Shown: positions 28,570-36,392 of the stretch, piece after piece
Position numbering within the stretch: position 1 is the stretch's first letter
How the letters are laid out: each line of letters starts with the position of its first letter
NCBI GenBank assembly: GCA_963702475.1
Contig: CAVPCT010000005.1
Coordinates: forward strand, 544,001-608,000
Reading direction: 5' to 3'
Length of the DNA stretch: 64,000 bases
Source: an uncultured Thermoleophilia bacterium
GTDB lineage: Bacteria; Actinomycetota; Thermoleophilia; UBA2241
Position numbers and translations under genes: made by a program
Notes under the pieces: generated by a model
The model's database searches: none
Told to the model about the DNA's origin: nothing
What the model saw: only the letters and a program-made list of their open reading frames with translations

Positions 28570-28816
28570 TCAGCTCTGCTCCTCCTGCTCGGCCAGCTGC
28601 TGGTACAGCTTGTCGAGGCCGAGGGCGAGAGCCTTGCGGCGCAGCGTCACCGCTCAGCGGCACACCTGCCCGTCGCTGTGCACCGGAAAGGTGGCCTCGC
28701 GCTCGGCCGGGCTCATGGCCGCGACGCGCGCCGAGAATGCCGCCCCATCCGTGGGCAGCTGCTCGGTACGCGGCCGCCGCTGCGGCCCGCCGCGCCTCTC
28801 GTCCTTCGTCCTGCAT
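28570..28816 (-). CDS. Candidate small selenoprotein (in-frame TGA at 28654-28656, C-R-U); possible frameshift near 28768
   Basis: ...MSPAEREATFPVHSDGQVCR[TGA]AVTLRRKALALGLDKLYQQLAEQEEQS*; 26 of 27 post-TGA codons end in G/C; AGGAG SD before ATG 28816. Confidence 0.5.
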
Positions 28817-28836
28817 ACGCTCTTTCTCCTGATCCG

Positions 28837-29265
28837 TCACGGAAGGGGTTCCCGGTCCCACTCCGAGGGCGTGAACGCGCACCCCGGCTCGCCTCCTACG
28901 GCGAGCAGCGCGGTACCCGGCTCGAGCGCAATGGCGCCCCTCTGGCTCTTCGGGTCGGGCACGTAGACGAACGTGCCGGCCTTGGCGTCGAACTCCTCGC
29001 CGTCCACCTTGAAGCGGGCGCTGCCCGTCACGACCAGGTACAGCTCCTCGTGGTGCGTGCCCGACTCCGGGTCCTCGGTGTGGTCCTCGGTGAGGATGTC
29101 GCCGGCCTTGGGCGCCCGGAACAGGTTGGTGCCGAAGGAGCCGATGCCGAAGAACCGGCGGATGGGTCTCCACTCCGTCTCCGGCGCCCACTCGTACGGG
29201 ATCGTGGGGATGTCGTCCATGGGCGCGGCCACGTAGCGGGCCGCGCCCTCCGCGCTCTCGCTCAT
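28837..29265 (-). CDS. Cupin domain protein
   Basis: HTE...HEELYLVVTGSARFKVDGEEFDAKAGTFVYV cupin motifs; GGAGG SD. Confidence 0.85.
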   Translation of the reverse strand: MSESAEGAARYVAAPMDDIPTIPYEWAPETEWRPIRRFFGIGSFGTNLFRAPKAGDILTEDHTEDPESGTHHEELYLVVTGSARFKVDGEEFDAKAGTFVYVPDPKSQRGAIALEPGTALLAVGGEPGCAFTPSEWDREPLP

Positions 29266-29391
29266 GCCTGTTCCTCCCTGACGTCGCCTGGGGTGCAGCT
29301 TACCCGCGCGAGGGAGGAGTCACCCCCTCGCGCGGCCGGGCTGGGCCGGGGGCGCCGGTGCCGGCCGGAGAGGCTCCGCATCCGGCCCGCG

Positions 29392-30129
29392 TCAGACCTC
29401 GGCCGGCGCGCAGCCGCAACCGCAGGCCTCACACACGACAGGGTTCGGCGGCGTCTCCGGCGCCGGCTCGGAGCCGCCCATCTCCCAGAAGATGTCCTCG
29501 CCGAGCGTCTCGCCCGGCTCCACGACGATGAACTCGTCGTCGTGCGGGCCGCGGATGAGCTTCTCGAGCAGGCGCAGCGAGCCGTCGAGCTGGACGACCG
29601 GCAGGTCGTAGAACTTCGACACCGTGTCCACGTAGTCGTGAGCCTTCTCGAGGTCGTACGTGCCGGTGTCGATCACGGCGATGCGCGTGTACGACTCCAT
29701 GATCATAAGAGCGACCATGCGCGCCTTCTCCTCGCCCATGCGGGGGACGACCTTGAGGTACTCGCGGTACGGGTCCTCCAGCTCCTCGATCCAGCCGCGA
29801 GTGTAATAGTACGTGCCCGGGTGCTCGTTGAACTCGCGCATGTAGGCGCGGCGCGAGCCGAGCAGCAGCGAGATGCAGTCGTCGCAGGCCGGCAGGACCA
29901 GGCGGTGCGTGCCGGCCTTCAGGTCCGCGGCGCCGTTGGAGCAGCGCCCGTAGGCCAGCAGGATCGTGCAGTCGCCGGGCGTGGTGTCGATGCGCTCCTG
30001 GATCTTCTCGCGCAGCACGTCCGGGGTGTCGTGCAGGAAGCCTTCGAGGTAGTCCACCGGGATGTCTCCGCGCAGCGCCTCCACCTCGTCGCGGATGGTG
30101 CTGCAGGCGATGATCTTGTAGTCCGTCAT
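29392..30129 (-). CDS. DUF1638 domain protein
   Basis: IIACSTI, FLHDTP, LLAYGRCSNG, DDCISLLLGS, GTYYYTRGW, YTRIAVIDTG. Confidence 0.85.
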   Translation of the reverse strand: MTDYKIIACSTIRDEVEALRGDIPVDYLEGFLHDTPDVLREKIQERIDTTPGDCTILLAYGRCSNGAADLKAGTHRLVLPACDDCISLLLGSRRAYMREFNEHPGTYYYTRGWIEELEDPYREYLKVVPRMGEEKARMVALMIMESYTRIAVIDTGTYDLEKAHDYVDTVSKFYDLPVVQLDGSLRLLEKLIRGPHDDEFIVVEPGETLGEDIFWEMGGSEPAPETPPNPVVCEACGCGCAPAEV

Positions 30130-30288
30130 GGTCGCCGTTGCCTTTCGGTCGAGCGCAGGGGTCCGTCGGCCAAGTGTAGGGCATGGGCGCGGGAATGTCA
30201 GGCCGATTCCGTCCTGATTGTGGTCAAGCCGTCGGCTGTGCCGGCGCGGGCGCGGCGTGAGCCTGCGGCCGCGCCGCCCCCCGTACAC

Positions 30289-30329
30289 GGCGGGGGCGGG
30301 GCGCCCGTGCCGGGCGCCCCGCCCCCGCC
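30289..30329. terminator. Perfect 19-bp GC hairpin downstream of the Ig-fold protein gene
   Basis: GGCGGGGGCGGGGCGCCCG-TGC-CGGGCGCCCCGCCCCCGCC. Confidence 0.65.
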
Positions 30330-30379
30330 TCTCCGCGGCTCGCTCACGCGGGCCGCGTCAGCGATTCAGTGAGCTCGTT

Positions 30380-31942
30380 TCACTTGGTGACGGTGAAGGA
30401 GTCGTTGTCCTGCGAGGACTGCTTGTTGCCGGCCGAGTCGGTCGCGAAGACCTTGACCTTGTAGTTGCCGGGCGCGAGATTGGCGGTGAAGCTCTTGGAG
30501 TAGGTCTTGTTGGAGTCCTGCGTGCCCAGGTTGAAGCTCTTGGCCACGGACCCATTCGACTTGTAGATCTTCATCTGCGCGGTGCACTGCGGGGTGATGC
30601 TGTCGCACTCGTACTTGATCTTGATGGACTTGCCCTTCTTGACGCTGGCGGGCGCGATGCAGCTCGTCGACGGACCGGTGGTGCAGATGTTGACGGTCAC
30701 CGCTTTCGGCGGCACTTCGTTGTTGCCGCACTTGTCCATGGAGTAGACCTGGACCAGCTGCGGGCCCTGAGGGGCGCCGCTACCGGCCGGCACCGTGATG
30801 GTGCTGCCCGCGAGGGCGATCGACGGCGGGATGCCGATGCCGTAGTAGGTGGTCTGGACGCCCGGGCCGCCCACGTCGGTCACCGACACGGTGAGGACGA
30901 CGGGCTGGTTGTGCCAGTTGTCATCGGCGCCGCTGATGGAGCTGACCGGCGCCGTGGTGTCGGCCTGCAGCGTGAACGCCACGGTGTTGGTCGGCTGCTG
31001 CCCGGCGCCGTTACGCACCGAGATGTTGAGCGTGCCGGGGGCGGCGATGTCGGCAGCCGTGAGCTGCACGGTGATCTGGGTCGGGCTCACGTAGGTGGAG
31101 GCGTGCACGACTCCGTTGACCAGCACCTGCGAGTTGCTCGTGAAGTTCGTACCGGTGAGCGTGAGCTGGTACGGCTGGAAGTACCTGGCGAAGCCGCTCG
31201 TCGGGTTCACGCCGGAGAGGGTGGGCAGGAGGGCCGTGACGGCGAACGGCACGGCGTTGGAGGTCGTGACGACCGGAGGCAACGACGACGTGGCGTTCTG
31301 GACGCTGATGGCGGCCGTGGTCGGACTGGCCACGAGGGCCGCAGGGACCACCGCCGACAGCTGCGTGCTGGAGATCGCGGTCGTAGAAAGGGCGGTGTTG
31401 TTCCAGTAGACCGTCGAAGTCACGCCGATGCCGGTGGCGAAGTTGGAGCCGTAGACGATCATCTGGAACCCGCCGGAACCGGCATCCTTGCTCTTCGGCG
31501 AGACCGAGGCGATGGTCGGGTGTGTCACGGGCGAGGTGCCGGTGACGGTGAACGAGTTGTAGGTGTAGGTGTCGGGCCAGAGCTGGCCGAAACGGGTGTA
31601 CCCGGAGACGCTCACCGTATAGCTGCCGGCGGACTCGCCGTACGTGTTGATGTAGCAGCTGATGTAGTCGCCGCCCAGCATGTTCACGATCGTCGGGTAG
31701 CTGCCGTGGATGCTGTCGTAGGGGGCCGACGCCTGGTCGAGCGTGACGTCCACGTCGCCGATGAAGTCACCGAAGTTCTGGCCGAAGATCTTGAGCTCAT
31801 AGGAACCAAAGGTGCTGTTGCTGCCGCTCGTCGGGCTCAGGCCCGTGAGGGACGGAGCCGCCGACGCGACGGCGGCCGTGGACAGGCACAACATGAGCAC
31901 CACGGCGATGACGACCATCACTCCCAGACTGCGTTTCTTCAT
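30380..31942 (-). CDS. Secreted protein with IPT/TIG (Ig-like) repeats
   Basis: Signal peptide ending ASA, repeats PSLTGLSP..G.NF, PTIASVSP..GSNF, PTLSGVNP..GTNF, DTTAP module; Ser/Thr-rich; GAGGAGG SD. Confidence 0.85.
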   Translation of the reverse strand: MKKRSLGVMVVIAVVLMLCLSTAAVASAAPSLTGLSPTSGSNSTFGSYELKIFGQNFGDFIGDVDVTLDQASAPYDSIHGSYPTIVNMLGGDYISCYINTYGESAGSYTVSVSGYTRFGQLWPDTYTYNSFTVTGTSPVTHPTIASVSPKSKDAGSGGFQMIVYGSNFATGIGVTSTVYWNNTALSTTAISSTQLSAVVPAALVASPTTAAISVQNATSSLPPVVTTSNAVPFAVTALLPTLSGVNPTSGFARYFQPYQLTLTGTNFTSNSQVLVNGVVHASTYVSPTQITVQLTAADIAAPGTLNISVRNGAGQQPTNTVAFTLQADTTAPVSSISGADDNWHNQPVVLTVSVTDVGGPGVQTTYYGIGIPPSIALAGSTITVPAGSGAPQGPQLVQVYSMDKCGNNEVPPKAVTVNICTTGPSTSCIAPASVKKGKSIKIKYECDSITPQCTAQMKIYKSNGSVAKSFNLGTQDSNKTYSKSFTANLAPGNYKVKVFATDSAGNKQSSQDNDSFTVTK

Positions 31943-31948
31943 TGTCAC

Positions 31949-32155
31949 CCTCCTCTTTGGCTACAGGCCACGTGCGTTGACGACGAATGCTCGTAACGGA
32001 GATAGCTTCGCTGCGGGACTCCTCTCCCCTCTCGCCACAGGCGTTCGCCCCCGGCTTCTCAGGCTGTTATCGGCACGCGAGGTCCAGCCTGTAACTCCCC
32101 CACCTCGCGCAGCCTTCACCGAGAAGGAACGTCCGCCTCAAACGAGAGCTTACGT
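31949..32155 (-). ncRNA. Candidate structured 5' leader RNA (riboswitch-like, family unassigned)
   Basis: Four nested helices 32042-32131 and a 10-bp loop-to-SD-proximal complementarity; promoter TTGTCC-N17-CATGAT at 32190-32162. Confidence 0.45.
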
Positions 32156-32398
32156 AGAGCCATCATGCACCCTGTTGCCACAGCGGACAACACCCGCGAG
32201 GGTACGGAGCGGCGCCCACCAGGAACCCATGTCGGCCGGCAGCAGCGTCGGCGCGCGGGCGGTGGCGATCGCGGTCGCACGCAGGTCGCGGCGCGTGCCC
32301 GTGAAGGCGGGCGCGCGGGCGCGGGCGGGGACCCCATGCCGGCGTCCGCGCCCCGCACCCTGCTCCCGCTCGCGGCAGGCGCGCTGGATCGATCGGGC

Positions 32399-32600
32399 TC
32401 AGGTGACCCCGAAGGAGTCCGACTTCATGGCGCTCTGCGCCTTGCCCGCGGCGTCGGTGTGATGCTGTTGGCGCGGTAGCTGAACTTGAGGGTCTTGCCG
32501 CGCTTCACGCTGCTCGGCGCGGAGGCGGGGGTGGCGGTCAACGGCGACGCCTCCACGTTGCCCAGGGTCGACGGCCGTCACCGTGAGCGTCACCGGCCCG
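32399..32600 (-). pseudogene. Internally deleted remnant of a paralog of the Ig-fold protein C-terminus
   Basis: PVTLTVTAVD / GNVEASP / APSSVKRGKTLKFSYRANSITP / TDAAGKAQSAMKSDSFGVT* match PVVLTVSVTD / GNNEVPP / APASVKKGKSIKIKYECDSITP / TDSAGNKQSSQDNDSFTVTK* in order. Confidence 0.75.
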
Positions 32601-32670
32601 CCGAGGCGCACAGGCAGGCGCCGGAGGCATGGCTCCCCTCAGCGGTCCCCTCACCCCGCCCGCGAGCGGT

Positions 32671-34038
32671 TCAGTCCCTGCGCCGCTCGCGCACGAAGAC
32701 GAGCAGGACAAGCGAGGCGGCGGCGCAAGCCGCCAGAGCCCACCACGCCGGCGAGTACTCGCCGGTCCTGTCGACGATCAGGCCGAACAGGGGCGGCCCG
32801 AGGAAGATCCCGACGTTGAAGAACGCCGCCGAGACCCCGGCGGCGGCGCCGGCGGCCACGGGGCCGCCAGTCTCGCCGGCGAGGGTGCCCATGAGGCCGC
32901 CCCACCCCACGGCGCCGAACCCGAGGACGAAGAGGACGACCCACAGCAGCCACGTCTGACCGGGCTGCAGGAGCGCCAGAGCGACGCACGAGAGTCCGGC
33001 CAGGATCCCCATACCGAGGAGGGCCGGCACGCGGCGACGGTGCAGGAGGCGGTCGCTCACGAGCCCGCTGAGCGGCTTGCCGAGGGCGCCGGCGAACTGG
33101 CAGAAGGCCAGCATGCCGGCGGCGACCGCCACCGCGTAGCCCCAGGCGGTGTCCAGGAACAGCACGAGGTGCGCGAGCGCCGCGAACTCCACCATGCCGA
33201 GAAAGAGCGCGGCGAGCCCCATCAGCAGGATGTCGCGGGACTTCAGAACGGCGATGAATCCGGACTCCAGCGCCGCACGGTCGGTCCGCTCGTCGCCGGT
33301 CACCGAGGGCAGGCCCTGGTCTATCTCGACGAACGTGAGCGGCGCCTCGGACGCGGTCGGCGCCGGCGCCGCGTCCCGGGCCTCCTCCCCGCCCGCGTCC
33401 TGAGCCGGCGGCGGGGTGCCCGCACCCGCGGGGTCGCGGTACAGCGCGGCGGCGAGGCCGCACACCACGAAAGCCAGGGCCGCGGCGAACACGAAGCCGG
33501 CCTGCCAGCCGTAGGCCACGGCCAGACCGGGCATGATCGCCGCCCCCAACATGCCGCTGACGTTGACCGCCGACTGGTTCACGCCCACGGCGGTCGCCCG
33601 CTCCTGCGGCGGGAACCACAACATGATGGCCTTGACGGCGGTCGGATAGATGAACCCGCAGCCGAGCCCGGAGGCGCCAAGCAGCAGCAGCATGGTGCCG
33701 TAACTGGGGGCCAGGGCGACCAGACCGATGCACACGCCGGTGACGGCGGTGCCGATGAGCAGCGCCCGCCGGACCCCGATGCGGTCGACCAGCCACCCGG
33801 CGAAGATCAGCGTGGGCGCGTAGGCGACGGCGGTGGCGCTGGTGAGCCCGCCGATCTGCGCGTTGTCCAGGTCGAAGGCGCTCTTGAGGAACGGCGCCAG
33901 CGGCCCCACGCACAGCCGTGACAGAAAGACGATGAGATACGCGCTCCACACCACGGCAAGCGCGACGAAGCGGTAGCGCGAGAGCGGGGTGGCCGTGACT
34001 GGGCCGGCCGCTCCCGAGGCGGCGGCGGACGGGGTCAT
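32671..34038 (-). CDS. MFS transporter
   Basis: About 12 TM helices, motif A GWLVDRIGVRR and GLVSDRLL, WFPPQERATA. Confidence 0.92.
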   Translation of the reverse strand: MTPSAAASGAAGPVTATPLSRYRFVALAVVWSAYLIVFLSRLCVGPLAPFLKSAFDLDNAQIGGLTSATAVAYAPTLIFAGWLVDRIGVRRALLIGTAVTGVCIGLVALAPSYGTMLLLLGASGLGCGFIYPTAVKAIMLWFPPQERATAVGVNQSAVNVSGMLGAAIMPGLAVAYGWQAGFVFAAALAFVVCGLAAALYRDPAGAGTPPPAQDAGGEEARDAAPAPTASEAPLTFVEIDQGLPSVTGDERTDRAALESGFIAVLKSRDILLMGLAALFLGMVEFAALAHLVLFLDTAWGYAVAVAAGMLAFCQFAGALGKPLSGLVSDRLLHRRRVPALLGMGILAGLSCVALALLQPGQTWLLWVVLFVLGFGAVGWGGLMGTLAGETGGPVAAGAAAGVSAAFFNVGIFLGPPLFGLIVDRTGEYSPAWWALAACAAASLVLLVFVRERRRD

Positions 34039-34122
34039 GCCCGGAGTCTATCGGCTTGCGCCCCGCTGCGCCGGGCCGCGGCCCGACCTGCGGAAGACGG
34101 CCGTTCCTCGAGCGACGAGGGT

Positions 34123-34162
34123 TTGAGAGAGCGATACCTTGGTGATATCATATCAGTATCGC
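34123..34162 (+). promoter_or_regulatory. Sigma70-type promoter with overlapping palindromic operator
   Basis: TTGAGA-N17-TATCAT with TGn extension; TGATAT-C-ATATCA (34143-34155) nested in GCGATAC...GTATCGC. Confidence 0.65.
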
Positions 34163-34237
34163 ATGACAGAGGCATCGCGACGCCACACGGGCGGGCACGG
34201 GGCTCGCCGGCGCCACGGACCGATGGAGGTGGGAGTC

Positions 34238-35275
34238 ATGAGCACGGCAGTCACCAAGGTCCCGACCCAGGAGCGCGAGAGGCGGGTGATGAGCGGCTGG
34301 GGCATGCTCGCCCTCACCCTGGCCCTGTACGTCGCCTGCCCTGTGCTCATCACGTACGCGTTCCTCAGCGGCACGGAGTACGCCAGCGGCGCCGCTCGAC
34401 CGGTCTGGTGGATGTTCGTCACCGGCCTCGTCGCCCTGGGCGTGGCCATCCTCCTCTCCCCCGGGTTCTTCACCCTGCAGCCCAACGAGGCGCGCGTCCT
34501 GATCCTGTTCGGGAGCTACAAAGGCACCTGCAAGCAGGGAGGCTTCCGCTGGGGAAACCCGTTCTACGCCAACGGCCCGACCGGGCAGACGGGCGGCACG
34601 TCGATCTGGACGCAGTCCAAGAACAAGGGTGAAGGCGAGGCGTCGCAGAGCGCCCCCAAACGGCTCAAGCGCTACAAGGTCAGCCTGCGGGCCCGTACCC
34701 TGAACGGCGAGAGGCTGAAGGTGAACGACAAGCGTGGCAACCCGGTCGACATCGCCGCGGTGGTGGTGTGGCGCGTGGAGGACACCGCCAAGGCCGTGTT
34801 CGACGTGGACGACTACGAGTCGTACGTGGCCACCCAGAGCGAGACCGCGGTGCGGCACCTGGCCAGCAGCTACCCGTACGACTCGGGCGAGACCTTCGCC
34901 GACACCGACGACGAGGTGACGTTGCGGGGCAACGTGGACGAGGTCTCGGAGGCGCTGCGCGTGGAGCTCGGGGAGCGGCTCGGGCAGGCCGGCGTGACCG
35001 TGGAGCAGGCGCGCCTCACGCACCTGGCCTACGCGCCCGAGATCGCCCAGGCGATGCTGCGCCGGCAGCAGGCCGAGGCCGTCATCGCCGCGCGCCGCAA
35101 GATCGTGACCGGCGCGGTCAGCATGGTCGAGATGGCGCTCGGTGAGTTCGCCCAGCACGGCACCGTGGACTTCGACGAGGAGCGCAAGGCCGCCATGGTG
35201 AGCAACCTCATGGTCGTGCTGTGCGGAGAGAGCCAGGTCACCCCGGTCGTCAACACGGGCACGCTCTACCAGTGA
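34238..35275 (+). CDS. SPFH/Band 7 domain membrane protein
   Basis: Two TM helices, LKVNDKRGNPVDIAAVVVW, QSETAVRHLA, LAYAPEIAQAMLRRQQA, AAMVSNLMVVLC. Confidence 0.9.
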   Translation: MSTAVTKVPTQERERRVMSGWGMLALTLALYVACPVLITYAFLSGTEYASGAARPVWWMFVTGLVALGVAILLSPGFFTLQPNEARVLILFGSYKGTCKQGGFRWGNPFYANGPTGQTGGTSIWTQSKNKGEGEASQSAPKRLKRYKVSLRARTLNGERLKVNDKRGNPVDIAAVVVWRVEDTAKAVFDVDDYESYVATQSETAVRHLASSYPYDSGETFADTDDEVTLRGNVDEVSEALRVELGERLGQAGVTVEQARLTHLAYAPEIAQAMLRRQQAEAVIAARRKIVTGAVSMVEMALGEFAQHGTVDFDEERKAAMVSNLMVVLCGESQVTPVVNTGTLYQ

Positions 35276-35343
35276 GGCCGGCCCGGCTCCTGGTGAGCGG
35301 CGGGCACCGCACGCGAGGTCCTGCGAGCGAGGACGGTTGAGCC

Positions 35344-35535
35344 GTGGCACAGCGCAAACAGTACCTGCTGCGTATCGACCCCGAGCTGTGGCGTGAGGTC
35401 GAGAAGTGGGCGGCGGACGAGCTGCGCAGCGTCAACGCCCAGATCGAGTACGTGCTGCGCGAGGCCGTGCGCAAGCGGACTGGGCGCTCGCCCGGCGCAC
35501 CGCGGGAGCGGCGCGCGGGCGAGGGCGACGGCTGA
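35344..35535 (+). CDS. Ribbon-helix-helix (Arc-like) DNA-binding protein
   Basis: [37 protein letters not shown] pattern; adjacent to SPFH gene. Confidence 0.85.
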   Translation: MAQRKQYLLRIDPELWREVEKWAADELRSVNAQIEYVLREAVRKRTGRSPGAPRERRAGEGDG

Positions 35536-35610
35536 GGCCGCCAAGGGTTCGGGCGACGCCGGAGCGGAGAGGCGAGGCCGCCCACGGTTCGGCCGACGCC
35601 GGAGCGGAGA
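35534..35610. repeat. Two 37-bp direct repeats with 40-bp period
   Basis: GAGGCCGCCAAGGGTTCGGGCGACGCCGGAGCGGAGA and GAGGCCGCCCACGGTTCGGCCGACGCCGGAGCGGAGA. Confidence 0.8.
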
Positions 35611-35679
35611 TGCTGGGTGCTGGAGACTCGGCGCGGCGCGGCGACGCCGCCGCGCCGGCCCGCAGCGAAGGAGGTCGCC

Positions 35680-36363
35680 ATGCGCCGGCTGACAGAGCGG
35701 ATCCTCACCTGGTCCGCGCCGCACCCCGAGTACAGGCCGCGGGCGGAAGAGGTCGCGAGCTACGCGCTCCGCGACGGCGGCGCCCTGGCGCTCGTCGACC
35801 CGCTGCTCCCCGCCGACCCGGCGCGGCGCGACGACGTGCTCGGCGAGCTCGACGCGCTCGCCGTCGGCGCGGACCACGTCGAGGTGCTGGTCACCATCCC
35901 GTACCACACCCGCAGCGCCGAGGAGCTGCTGCGGCGGTACGCGAAGGACCGGCCGGCGCGGCTGTGGGGCCACGCCAACGTGCGCAAGCGGCTGCGCGAC
36001 CCCGGCCTGCTCACGGAGGTACCTCAGGCCGCCGCGGGCGAGGCCGCCGAGGTCGCGGACGGCCTCGCCTTGGCGTACACCATCGGCCGCCCGCGGCGCA
36101 GCGAGCACCCATATTTCTTCCCCGCGCTGCGCGCCGTGGTCTTCGGCGACGCCGTGGTCGGCGCTCAGGGAGGCGTGCGGTTCTGGAACCAGAGCTCCGG
36201 CACCGGCGCGGCGTGGTACAGAGACGTGTTCGCGCCGACGCTCGCGCCGCTGGCGGCGCGGGATATCGAGCACGTGCTCGTCACCCACGGACCGCCGGTG
36301 CTGGGCGACGGGCGGCGAGCGCTCGCAGAGTGCCTCGCCGCCCCGCCGGTCGACATGTACTGA
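35680..36363 (+). CDS. Metallo-beta-lactamase-fold-like protein (degenerate metal motif)
   Basis: LVDPLL, VTIPYHTRSA, VFGDAV, LVTHG; AAGGAGG SD. Confidence 0.7.
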   Translation: MRRLTERILTWSAPHPEYRPRAEEVASYALRDGGALALVDPLLPADPARRDDVLGELDALAVGADHVEVLVTIPYHTRSAEELLRRYAKDRPARLWGHANVRKRLRDPGLLTEVPQAAAGEAAEVADGLALAYTIGRPRRSEHPYFFPALRAVVFGDAVVGAQGGVRFWNQSSGTGAAWYRDVFAPTLAPLAARDIEHVLVTHGPPVLGDGRRALAECLAAPPVDMY

Positions 36364-36392
36364 ACCGGCGCCGGCTGGGCCCCGGCCGGGCC

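Noticed and set aside
31949-32155. Assignment of the leader to raiA motif, c-di-AMP, c-di-GMP or cobalamin riboswitch
   Set aside because: Only short incidental word matches; core conserved segments were not found by eye, so it is left unassigned
35534-35610. Direct repeats as a CRISPR array
   Set aside because: Only two units, 3-bp separation, no spacers and no cas genes
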